Below, piece after piece: positions 1 through 8,280 of a stretch of DNA of 19,684 nucleotides. This DNA comes from Candidatus Dadabacteria bacterium (GTDB taxonomy: Bacteria > Desulfobacterota_D > UBA1144 > Nemesobacterales > CSP1-2). The position numbers were made by a program, and so were the translations under genes. Each line of letters starts with the position of its first letter. Within the stretch, counting starts at the first letter, position 1. The notes under the pieces are model-generated. The model had not been told where the DNA came from and searched no databases. It saw only the letters and a list, made by a program, of their open reading frames with translations. The DNA lies in contig PSLL01000037.1 of assembly GCA_040289575.1 (NCBI GenBank), positions 1-19,684 on the forward strand, read 5' to 3'.

Positions 1-366
1 TAGGGCTCTTTCACCAAATGATAAATAGGGCTTATGAAGGCATCAGCCCCTACAACACAACGATGCCTATCTATGGAATTAACATTGAGCAAGCAATCCC
101 TAAGAAACGATGTTTGCAACAAATCATGACAGGAAAGTTATATAAACCGACCCGATCCGGCGCTTTCGGTATTGAAATTTGAACTGAAAGAACAAAAGCA
201 ATATAATAAGTTATTCAGGAGGATGGATTTAAAGATACTAAGTCAATCTTATTATACGCTATCAAAAACTCGATTTGGTATTAGCCAGGCTTATTCAAGC
301 AACAGGATAATCCCCCGACTTGAAAGGTATCCCCAGGGTACTTAGGCTCAGTTATAAAGCTAGAGA

Positions 367-387
367 GTCCCCGATTAAATCGGGGAT
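367..387. repeat. Micro-palindrome copy 1 (GTCCCCGATTAAATCGGGGAT), intergenic, directly upstream of the sensor-kinase RBS
   Basis: Core CCCCGATTAAATCGGGG at 369-385; the 21-mer is the exact reverse complement of the copy at 616-636. Confidence 0.95.
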
Positions 388-402
388 TAAGGAGAAAATC
401 AT

Positions 403-1394
403 ATGATGGAATTTCTAAAAATCCTCTTTAGCTCAGGAGGGTTTATGCCACATGGGTATTGCCTTCTCTGGAAACCATCAGCGGTGTGGCTTAATGTAAT
501 ATCGGATTCCTTGATCACGCTCGCTTACTATTCGATTTCACTCATACTACTCTATTTCGTTCGCAAGAAACGGGATTTGGCTTTCCCATGGATGTTTCTT
601 ATGTTTGGAGCATTCATCCCCGATTTAATCGGGGACGGCGTGCGGTACTACACATCTTATGGGAATCTGGACTCTGTGGGTCCCTACGTATTGGCTGGAT
701 GGAATCATCAAAGCAATCACCGCTCTGCTCCCGTTGGTCACTGCTGTGGCACTTGTGCCTTTAGTTCCCAAGGTACTTGCTATGCGAAGCCCAGCAGAGC
801 TAGAAGCAATCAATCGGGAATTGGAGACACAAATTACTGAGCGCAAGCGAATCGAGGCGGTACTACGCGAGAGTACGAAAGAGCTAAGGGCCCTATATGA
901 AAACTTGAATAAGAGAAATAAGGACTTAGAAATACTAAATGCCATTAATCAAGCAGTGCATCAGTCTCTTAACCTGCAGGAGGTCTATAGAGTTGCACTG
1001 GATAAGGTTATTGAACTGGGAAATGTAGATATGTCATATATTTATCTGGTTGATGAGACTAAGAATGAAGCAGTGCTGCAAGCCCATAGAAACCTCCCCT
1101 AAGACTATATAAACAAGGCTGGAAAAATACCCTATCCCAAAGGTCTAACCTGGAAGGTAATTAACACTGGCAAAATAGTTAATATTGAAGACATTCAAAA
1201 AGACCCGGATGCCGGTCCCGGAACACATGCCATACATCTTTGAGCCCTTCTTTACCACAAAAGAGGTAGGCAAAGGTTCGGGACTGGGACTTGCGCAGGT
1301 GCACGGTATAGTTAAACAGCACAAAGGTTTTATTGATGTCATAAGCGAGTTGGGTAAAGGGACGACATTCGCCATCCACCTGCCCGCTATATAA
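403..1394 (+). pseudogene. Ethylene-receptor-like (ETR-type transmembrane sensor + GAF) histidine kinase, pseudogene
   Basis: N-terminus FMPHGYC..SDSLITLAYYSI..FGAFI continues in another frame as ACGTTHLMGIWTLW (ethylene-binding-type Cys/His motif), then coiled coil and GAF. In-frame TAA at 1100-1102 with GAF-like sequence continuing (DYINKAGKIPYPKGLTWKV). From ~1218 a HATPase C-terminus in another frame ([25 protein letters not shown]); no HisKA seen. RBS AAGGAG at ~389-394. Confidence 0.88.
616..636. repeat. Micro-palindrome copy 2 (ATCCCCGATTTAATCGGGGAC), inside the sensor gene, causing a frameshift
   Basis: Removing 619-634 (16 nt) restores FGAFI-T-ACGTTH. Confidence 0.95.
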
Positions 1395-1565
1395 GAGAAG
1401 GGAGCAGCCACATCAGGGTGTCGGAAGCAGTAGGCGAACGAGGCACAAAAGACGATGTTGTTAAGGCATTACGAGATGCAAGGTGCGAAGCACGCATCGA
1501 GTCTATTTAAGGAAAAAGAATCCCTAGAGCAGAATTGAAATCCTGAGCCCCATCTACACATCAAC

Positions 1566-1594
1566 TTGAAAATCCATATAAGACTGAATAAAAT
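1566..1594 (+). promoter_or_regulatory. Putative sigma70 promoter of prmC-murA-hisG
   Basis: TTGAAA-17 nt-TAAAAT, 17 nt upstream of ATG 1612. Confidence 0.45.
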
Positions 1595-1611
1595 CTTTCT
1601 ATCCCGAAACA

Positions 1612-2478
1612 ATGAAATATAGAAATAATGTGTTTTTAAAGGGGCTTTATCTGTGGGGAAGAGATTCACTGAGAGAATCCCTCGCAGAAAATCCAGAACT
1701 CGAATCCTCGCTTTTGCTCTCCAAAGCTCTTGGCATAAACGCAATTGATATTTACGCCCATCCTGAAAGGGAAGTAGAGTCGGAGAAGGTTGAAGAGTTT
1801 AAACTACTCCTGGAGAGAAGATTAAAAAGAGAGCCCATCGCCTACATCCTGGGTGAAAAGGAGTTCTACTCAAGGCCCTTTGTTGTAACCCCTGATGTTC
1901 TCATTCCAAGACCCGAGACCGAAATCCTTGTAGAAGAGGCATTGAAGATATCTAAAAGCATCCCTCAACCATTGGTCGTTGACGCCGGTACGGGAAGTGG
2001 CTGTATATCAGTAACAATAGCCTGTGAATGCAGGGATGCCCGGATATTGGCTACCGATATTTCTCTTGAATCGCTTTTGATTGCAGAGATAAATTCAAGG
2101 AGGCATGGAACCCTTGATCGGATTTCATTAGTTCGAATGGATTTTTTAAGCGGCTTCAAAGAAGAATCCATTGATATAGTCCTCTCAAACCCGCCTTATA
2201 TATCTAAAGACGATTTCTCAAAACTCGAATCTAGTGTGAGGGATTTTGAACCAAAAGAATCGCTTCTCGGAGGAGAAGACGGTTTAGATTATATAAGAAA
2301 AATCGTATATCAGTCCAGAAGGGTTTTAAAAAACGGCGGATGGTGTATAGTTGAAGTCGGAGCCGGTCAATCTGAAGGTGTGTCTGAGATCCTCGACTAT
2401 GCCAGATTCAAAAGTGTTTCTTCTGTAAAAGACATATCAGGAATAGAGAGAGTAGTCAAGGGAAAATGGATAAGATAA
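1612..2478 (+). CDS. prmC: Release factor glutamine methyltransferase (HemK/PrmC)
   Basis: [29 protein letters not shown] (SAM binding), SNPPY. Confidence 0.97.
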   Translation: MKYRNNVFLKGLYLWGRDSLRESLAENPELESSLLLSKALGINAIDIYAHPEREVESEKVEEFKLLLERRLKREPIAYILGEKEFYSRPFVVTPDVLIPRPETEILVEEALKISKSIPQPLVVDAGTGSGCISVTIACECRDARILATDISLESLLIAEINSRRHGTLDRISLVRMDFLSGFKEESIDIVLSNPPYISKDDFSKLESSVRDFEPKESLLGGEDGLDYIRKIVYQSRRVLKNGGWCIVEVGAGQSEGVSEILDYARFKSVSSVKDISGIERVVKGKWIR

Positions 2479-3722
2479 TCATCGAAGGCGGAAGGAGACT
2501 CGAAGGCGAGGTCACAGTAAGCGGCGCTAAGAATGCCGTACTTCCCCTTATGGCGGCATGTATTCTTACAGAAGGGCGTTGTACATTTACAAATGTCCCA
2601 AACTTAGATGACGTTAAAACAATGTCGAAATTGCTCCGAATACTGGGGGCAGAGGTTGAATATGAAAATGGCGTTCTTTCAATTGATGCAACACGCCTGA
2701 GTAGCTGGGTTGCCCCGTATGAGCTTGTAAAAACCATGCGCGCTTCGGTGCTTGTACTTGGTCCTCTTATTGCGAGATTTGGCCACGCCAGGGTGTCTTT
2801 ACCCGGAGGATGTGCAATCGGAGAAAGGCCAATTGATCAACACCTAAAGGGGCTTGGAATTCTCGGAGCAGATATTAGAATCGAAGAGGGTTACATAGGG
2901 GCTACTGTGTCCAAACTCCGCGGAGGTGTAATCCCGTTTGATGTTTCAACCGTCACGGGCACGGAAAATCTCATACTCGCCTCTGTATTTGCAAAAGGGG
3001 AGACGATGCTCCTTAATGCCGCATGCGAGCCAGAGGTTACGGAGCTTGCGAATGCACTCAACAAGATGGGCGCAAAGATTGAAGGGGCGGGAACAGATAT
3101 AATTACAATCCGAGGCGTAGATAGACTCCACCCCATAGAAGGACACGAGGTTATGCCCGATAGGATCGAGGCAGGGACCCTAATGATTGCCTCGGCTCTT
3201 ACACAAGGAGACCTCTTTATAAAGAGGTGCCGATTTGAAAATTCAGGCGTTCTTATAGGAAAGTTAATTGAAGTGGGGGCGGAGATATCAAGAATGGACG
3301 GTGGTATAAGAGTTCGGGGCACGGACAGAATAAAGAGTATTGACATTACCACACTTCCCTATCCGGGATTTCCTACAGATATGCAGGCCCAGATGATGAC
3401 ACTGATGAGTGTTGCAGATGGTCTTAGCGTCATAACCGAGACCATATTTCCCCAGAGATTTATGCACGCAGGGGAGTTAAGAAGAATGGGAGCCGATATA
3501 AAACTCGTAGGCAACAGCGCAGTGGTAAGAGGGGTGCCATATCTCAGCGGTGCTCCGATTATGGCAGGGGACCTGAGAGCAAGCGCATCCTTGGTTTTGG
3601 CTGGACTTAGGGCGCGCGGAAAAACCGAGGTATCGAGGGTTTATCATCTCGATCGCGGATACGAGAGACTCGATAAAAAGCTCGAAGTCGTAGGGGCAAG
3701 GATCTGGAGGGAGAAGGAGTGA
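2466..3722 (+). CDS. murA: UDP-N-acetylglucosamine 1-carboxyvinyltransferase
   Basis: [21 protein letters not shown] (catalytic Cys), [23 protein letters not shown]; 418 aa. Confidence 0.99.
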   Translation: MDKIIIEGGRRLEGEVTVSGAKNAVLPLMAACILTEGRCTFTNVPNLDDVKTMSKLLRILGAEVEYENGVLSIDATRLSSWVAPYELVKTMRASVLVLGPLIARFGHARVSLPGGCAIGERPIDQHLKGLGILGADIRIEEGYIGATVSKLRGGVIPFDVSTVTGTENLILASVFAKGETMLLNAACEPEVTELANALNKMGAKIEGAGTDIITIRGVDRLHPIEGHEVMPDRIEAGTLMIASALTQGDLFIKRCRFENSGVLIGKLIEVGAEISRMDGGIRVRGTDRIKSIDITTLPYPGFPTDMQAQMMTLMSVADGLSVITETIFPQRFMHAGELRRMGADIKLVGNSAVVRGVPYLSGAPIMAGDLRASASLVLAGLRARGKTEVSRVYHLDRGYERLDKKLEVVGARIWREKE

Positions 3723-4351
3723 TTACAGTTGCAATCTCAAGAGGAAGGATTCTAAAAGAGGCTTCGGCACTACTTAAGAAGGCCGGATTCTCCGTTGGAA
3801 GGATGTCGAATGGTTCAAGGAAGCTCATTTTTGAATACCCAAGGGATGGAATCAAGGTTTTAATCATTCGTCCTATGGACGTACCATCTTACGTAGAGTA
3901 CGGAGCAGCGGACTGCGGAGTCGTGGGAAAGGATACTTTGATTGAAGAAAAGCACGACCTCTATGAACCGCTGGATCTAGGAATAGGAAAATGCAGACTC
4001 GTTGTTGCGGGTCCGAAGGGGTTTAATTTCTCATCAAATAGGGTTCTGAGGGTCGCTACAAAATATCCGAGAATTGCACATGAGCACTTTGCGAAAAGAG
4101 GCATAAGCGCAGAGATCATAAAGCTCTATGGCTCTGTTGAGCTTGCCCCTATAGTTGGGCTTTCAGATGTCATAGTAGACCTAAGCGCAACGGGGGAAAC
4201 ACTAAAAAAGAATAATCTCGTCGAGATTGAGACAATCGCTAATATTACGGCAAGGCTTGTAGTAAACAGGGTCAGTATGAAGGTAAAGTCAAATGAGATA
4301 AAAGACTTTATAGAGAGGCTAAAATGGGTTCGGGAGATTGAGTCTAAATGA
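3719..4351 (+). CDS. hisG: ATP phosphoribosyltransferase, short (HisZ-dependent) form
   Basis: [35 protein letters not shown]; 210 aa without the C-terminal regulatory domain. Confidence 0.96.
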   Translation: MITVAISRGRILKEASALLKKAGFSVGRMSNGSRKLIFEYPRDGIKVLIIRPMDVPSYVEYGAADCGVVGKDTLIEEKHDLYEPLDLGIGKCRLVVAGPKGFNFSSNRVLRVATKYPRIAHEHFAKRGISAEIIKLYGSVELAPIVGLSDVIVDLSATGETLKKNNLVEIETIANITARLVVNRVSMKVKSNEIKDFIERLKWVREIESK

Positions 4352-4437
4352 GTTTTAATCCCTTTTAACCGTTTCTATTATCTCTTCCGGCCATTGAAAG
4401 TAATTCCTTAACAGACTTGTTGATGGATGATAGAGAA

Positions 4438-4460
4438 AGCCCCCGATTAAATCGGGGGCT
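4438..4460. repeat. Micro-palindrome copy 3 (AGCCCCCGATTAAATCGGGGGCT), intergenic
   Basis: 11-bp arms around a single central base; followed by an extra GGGGCTTT arm. Confidence 0.95.
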
Positions 4461-4836
4461 GGGGCTTTACCTTGAATTCCTCTATTGAGCTAAGCATCCC
4501 AAGAACAATTTGGTTGTACCAAACTCAACAGAAGGCAATGGAGACGTGATTGAGAGAGATTATATGTTTGTTTTTCTCAATCGAGGCACTTATGTATGCT
4601 TGGCATTTTACCCAAATCCACAATATGCACAACGGATTATGGATGTTTATTTTCCTTTTGCTCCTTTTGATTCTTAAAGATTAGATATTAGAAGGCCGGG
4701 CATCTCCTATGCTAATCAGACTCGATATAGCTTAGAACTAAAGTAATATCATCTTCTGGGAAGCGCAGCTTTTTCATCAAAAATACCTAACTAAAGTCTA
4801 ATTGATTTTATGCCATAAAACCGATATTTGACTATA

Positions 4837-5203
4837 ATGGCAAACCGAAGGCTATCGGTGAGAATTCCTTTTAGAAAGAGAGTCAAATACGGCCTGTCCG
4901 ATTATGCTTTGTCGGGCTATACATCTCCCCCCGATTTAATCGGGGGCTGAGGACGGGGTTGGCATTAAAGCCCATAGGGTGTTTCCTCCTCGATCTAAAA
5001 TTTTAATCCAAGTCCATATGAGTGATGTCCATCTTGAAGAGAGCATTATGAATGATATTATCAAGCTTGAAGGTACCGTTGCATGGGTATCTCCCATTTT
5101 ACCCGGAATTCTCCCTACAATGGGAATAAGATTCTCAAATCGAAATAATGAGTTAAAACAGTTTTACCAACAAAGGATGAAAACAATAAGTAGGAATACC
5201 TGA
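4837..5203 (+). pseudogene. PilZ-domain (c-di-GMP receptor-like) protein, frameshifted by palindrome copy 4
   Basis: ATG 4837 gives MANRRLSVRIPFRKRVKYG..SGYTS (RxxxR motif), then the palindrome and TGA. The other frame resumes EDGVGIKAHRVFPP..IKLEGTVAWV..MGIRF, a typical PilZ C-terminal half. Confidence 0.82.
4927..4948. repeat. Micro-palindrome copy 4 (CCCCCCGATTTAATCGGGGGCT)
   Basis: Direct reading; sits where the PilZ (D/N)xSxxG motif is expected. Confidence 0.95.
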
Positions 5204-5248
5204 CATAGCCTGGTATAAGACTCGTTAACTTGCGTTCTACCATTTCCT

Positions 5249-5395
5249 TCAGTCAAATACTCCCATGATGGCCAAAATGCCTAATATAATAAGTGCTACT
5301 GCTATCCAAATTAGGATAGATTCCAATTTATTTCCTTTATGCCTTCTTTTGTGAATGTAATGATAAGATGTATAGTGGCTTCTCTCTAATTTCAT
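5249..5395 (-). CDS. Small hypothetical membrane protein (48 aa)
   Basis: MKLERSHY.. basic N-terminus followed by one hydrophobic helix ILIWIAVALIILGILAIMGVF; start chosen at the internal ATG. Confidence 0.5.
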   Translation of the reverse strand: MKLERSHYTSYHYIHKRRHKGNKLESILIWIAVALIILGILAIMGVFD

Positions 5396-5441
5396 ACTTA
5401 TTAATATTCCTATGTGCCTACCATATATAAGAAAAGGGATT

Positions 5442-5462
5442 ACCCCCGATTTAATCGGGGGC
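5442..5462. repeat. Micro-palindrome copy 5 (ACCCCCGATTTAATCGGGGGC), intergenic
   Basis: Direct reading. Confidence 0.95.
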
Positions 5463-5575
5463 CCAATCCAAAAGCCTAATACCAAAATATCTCTGAACAC
5501 TGCTTGTCCTCTCCCCCATAATTTTACCCTACTTCAGTGAATTTAAAGCCAGATTTCACGGTCTTCTTTAAAGAC

Positions 5576-5679
5576 TCCTCAGCCCCCGATTTAATCGGGG
5601 GTAGGCTAAGAACCAAGCACCCGCGAGGCACGCCAAAAGAAGAGCAGGAGTTTCAATTCCTCATAGGTAGGCTAAGAAC
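5576..5679 (-). CRISPR. Minimal CRISPR array: one intact 30-nt repeat, one 36-nt spacer, one degenerate and interrupted terminal repeat
   Basis: Repeat 5650-5679 reads GTTCTTAGCCTACCTATGAGGAATTGAAAC on the minus strand (I-B-type ATTGAAAC end). Spacer 5614-5649. The second repeat retains GGTAGGCTAAGAAC (5600-5613) and TCCTCA (5576-5581). Adjacent to cas2. Confidence 0.9.
5581..5602. repeat. Micro-palindrome copy 6 (AGCCCCCGATTTAATCGGGGGT), inside the terminal CRISPR repeat
   Basis: 18 nt (5582-5599) occupy the place of TA in the repeat consensus. Confidence 0.95.
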
Positions 5680-5856
5680 CCCCACTGTGTCTCCCTTGTA
5701 AAATGCGGATTTTCAGTTGTCAAAGAACGATAAGCAAATCTAAAGTATATGTTTAGCATTGTAGCAAATCCGCTTATTAAGTCAATCATTTTTGTTAAAA
5801 ATCAATTTCCGTCGAATCCCATGGGTTTTTGCACTATCGGAGGTAGACGGAAGAAT
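5680..5856 (-). promoter_or_regulatory. CRISPR leader with sigma70-like promoter and inverted repeat
   Basis: Minus strand TTGACT (5785-5780)-16 nt-TACAAT (5763-5758) with TGn extension; inverted repeat TTCCGTC (5807-5813)/GACGGAA (5846-5852); AT-rich, between cas2 and the first repeat. Confidence 0.75.
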
Positions 5857-6120
5857 TTAGATAAAAAGCTCTTCACCCCCTTTTTTCACTCCGATTAGCT
5901 CCCGCTCCGAATACCTTGTAGTTCTAAAGGTGTAGAAAATCAGCGAGTCGTGTTCCTTTTTTATTATACCATTTAGCTCGTGTTTTAGCCTCTCGTATTG
6001 GGCTTCTGTGATCTCCCCTTCGAGCACCGAATTCTGAACCCAGTATAGATATTTTCTTGCGGTCTTTAGAACCTTTGCCACTCTTTTTTCTCCCACGTCA
6101 TAAACGAGTATTATGAACAT
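5857..6120 (-). CDS. cas2: CRISPR-associated endonuclease Cas2
   Basis: ILVYDV..KRVAKV.K..RKYL.WVQNSVLEGEIT; 87 aa. Confidence 0.97.
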   Translation of the reverse strand: MFIILVYDVGEKRVAKVLKTARKYLYWVQNSVLEGEITEAQYERLKHELNGIIKKEHDSLIFYTFRTTRYSERELIGVKKGGEELFI

Positions 6121-6209
6121 TCCTGACTCTCAATTCTTTAGTTGGTTTCATTCAATGACGATTGCATTTTCCTTAAGGGGTATAGGGTATATATGTTTCT
6201 TGATACAGG

Positions 6210-6485
6210 TTAATAGTTTTCGGCTATCTCCATTTTGAATCGGGTTATCCTAGAAGTGAGGGGTTTGAGTTTTCCAAGTCTGATAAATACTATGGGTTGC
6301 CCGGGTTCTTGCGCTTTCCTGGCCATTCTTAGATTGATTTCAGCCAATTCAGGATCATCCTCTGGTAATAAAACTATCTTTGCGTGTTCTGGTATTTCCT
6401 CTAAGATTTCTGGATGCTCCAATACATAAAGGTCAAACTCTTGACTCAATATCAAATTTTTGTGAAACAATTCATCTTTTGTCAT
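6210..6485 (-). CDS. Small conserved protein (DUF5647-like), putative partner of the upstream gene
   Basis: MTKDELFHKNLILSQEFDLYVLEHPEILEEIP..IVLLPEDDPEL..NL; GGGGAG RBS before ATG 6485; overlaps the end of the upstream gene. Family name from memory of the motif. Confidence 0.7.
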   Translation of the reverse strand: MTKDELFHKNLILSQEFDLYVLEHPEILEEIPEHAKIVLLPEDDPELAEINLRMARKAQEPGQPIVFIRLGKLKPLTSRITRFKMEIAENY

Positions 6486-6797
6486 TTTGTCTCCCCTTAA
6501 GAAACCTTCTTTTGTATATCTTCCAATTGGAGTCAATATCTAAATTTGCAATTTGTAAAGCTTTCTTGTAGTCGATATTAACCATTTCAATCTTTTCTAT
6601 AACTCTACCATGCCAATCAAGTATATCCTTGTGAGCATATCCATGGGCTGTATCATAGCGAATGACAGGACGCCATTGTTTGTTTACAAATGTTTCAAAC
6701 TGAACCACGAATCTAACAACCTTGCCTCTTTTCGTCTCGACATAAAATCTTTTCTATCATCGAGTGTAAGGTCAACTATATAATCCTTACTCCCCAC
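6472..6797 (-). pseudogene. Small toxin-like protein (DUF7718-like, RYDTAHG..H motif) with a frameshift near the N-terminus
   Basis: GGAGGAG RBS then GTG 6797: MGSKDYIVDLTLDDRK. One extra A in the A4 run (6750-6753) joins it to RFYVETKRGKVVRFVVQFE..WRPVIRYDTAHGYAHKD. Confidence 0.7.
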
Positions 6798-6877
6798 TCA
6801 TCGCTCCTCCCCAGGAGTATATTTGAGCCTGTTAGATTGGCAATACTCTTGCAGGCGAAATCAAATCTTGACGTATT

Positions 6878-7879
6878 TTACCATTCCCAGACAAAAGGCT
6901 TATAGTCCTCTTCTCCCAAGATGTATTTTTCAAGCTTGTAAAGCTCAAGCCTTATAAGGCGCCGGTTTGATACTGGTTTTCCGATTTTCTTGTGTGTTAT
7001 AGTTTTTTGAAGCCTCTCTTCAAATTCTTTAGAAAATATCTTCATCCCTTCCTCATTCATAACCACTCCGTCCATTCTCTTTTCAAAGTGGCTCTTCTTG
7101 AGTTCCCCTTTGTTTATTAGTGAAAAGATCATTCTATCAACAAAGATGGGTTTAAAAATCTCTGCTACATCAAGATTTAATGTGAATCTTCTAAAGTTGG
7201 TTGTGTGGAGAAATCCGATTCTTGGGTCAAGATGGGTTTTATAGATTTCGCTTAAAACCGTGGTATAAAGAAGAGAGTTGCCGAAGCTGATGAGAGCATT
7301 CATCCTGTTTTTTGGTGGACGTCTGGTTCTGCTTTCAAATTTAAAATCCTCGTCTTCTATGATCTCGTCAAAGGTTGAGTAATACATATCCCTTGTGTTG
7401 CCTTCGATTGCCATGAGCGACTCTGTTGAGGCCTGGTTTGGGAGGGTTTCTGCGAGTTCTTTAATACCTGCGCTTATACCTTCTATACTGCTACTCTCCT
7501 TTCTTCTTGCATAGTAGTCAATAACCTTAAGGATATTGCTTATAGCTCCATCTACGAATCTTCTTGCAAGGTATAACCTTCTTTCGGGGTTTAGATAGGC
7601 CTCGGCCTGTTTTAGAATCATGTAGCCTGAATTCAGGTGTTCCCTCGGATAGAAGCTTCCTACGTAGTATCCGTAATAGTTGAAGAAGTGAAGGATCATC
7701 TCTTTCTGTGATGCGAACTCCAAAAAACGCTTGTTCAGCGTAACCTCGCCAAAGAGCATAAGCTCCTGTGTGCCTTCAATTGGAATGAACTTCTTCTCCC
7801 CCTTTTCGTTCTCAAAAAAGAGGGTGTTTTCCTTTCTCTTAAGTTCGCCATCACTGAATATAAAGATTCGGGTTTTCAT
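6878..7879 (-). CDS. cas1: CRISPR-associated endonuclease Cas1, type I-B
   Basis: HFFNYYGYYVGSFYPRE, LMAIEG, RTRRPP.N.MNALISFGNSLLY, GFLH, LDVAEIFKP. Confidence 0.98.
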   Translation of the reverse strand: MKTRIFIFSDGELKRKENTLFFENEKGEKKFIPIEGTQELMLFGEVTLNKRFLEFASQKEMILHFFNYYGYYVGSFYPREHLNSGYMILKQAEAYLNPERRLYLARRFVDGAISNILKVIDYYARRKESSSIEGISAGIKELAETLPNQASTESLMAIEGNTRDMYYSTFDEIIEDEDFKFESRTRRPPKNRMNALISFGNSLLYTTVLSEIYKTHLDPRIGFLHTTNFRRFTLNLDVAEIFKPIFVDRMIFSLINKGELKKSHFEKRMDGVVMNEEGMKIFSKEFEERLQKTITHKKIGKPVSNRRLIRLELYKLEKYILGEEDYKPFVWEW

Positions 7880-7891
7880 AGCTGAATACTT

Positions 7892-8122
7892 TCATTCCTC
7901 CCAAGTCTTATCATGAGTTAGCCCCTTTTCATGATTAAACGTTTTTTCTCGTTTAAAGGCGAAGTTTTCAAGAATATTGTCCTCACAAATTTCTAGTGCT
8001 TCATATATGAAGTCTCTTGCTTTACGTGAGATGGACTTTCCTTCTTGTTTAGCTATTGCTTTTATTGTTTCATAAAAGGGTTTTTCTAAAGCAATATTAA
8101 TGCGCATTTTTCTAACTGGCAT
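7892..8122 (-). CDS. Ribbon-helix-helix (CopG/RelB-like) DNA-binding protein, orphan antitoxin-like
   Basis: RINIAL beta strand, then YETIKAIAKQEGKSISRKARDFIYEALE; C-terminal LTHDKTW resembles RelB-type antitoxin tails; GGGAG RBS. Confidence 0.7.
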   Translation of the reverse strand: MPVRKMRINIALEKPFYETIKAIAKQEGKSISRKARDFIYEALEICEDNILENFAFKREKTFNHEKGLTHDKTWEE

Positions 8123-8181
8123 TCTTTATCTCCCTTTTTAAAAGTTTCTGTCACACTTTCGTATTAATTCAGGTTTGAACA

Positions 8182-8264
8182 GTCATCCTGTCACCCTGAG
8201 CCTAGCGAAGGGTCTCTGTTTTTACTCTATAGATATACTTCACTTCACTTCACTCGGCATGACA
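8182..8264. repeat. Degenerate REP/MITE-like element with TGTCA...TGACA ends
   Basis: TGTCACCCTGAGCCTAGCGAAGGGTCT...AGATATACTTCACTTCACTTCACTCGGCATGACA; imperfect terminal inverted repeats; partial tandem copy GTCATCCTG at 8182. Confidence 0.6.
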
Positions 8265-8280
8265 TACATACTTATCCCTC

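Noticed and set aside
3..182. Open frame at the window start (possible 3' end of an upstream gene)
   Set aside because: No recognisable motif; cannot be supported without upstream sequence
1439..1452. CGAGGCAC-AAAAGA as a self protospacer for the spacer
   Set aside because: Only 8+6 nt match with a 3-nt gap; not significant
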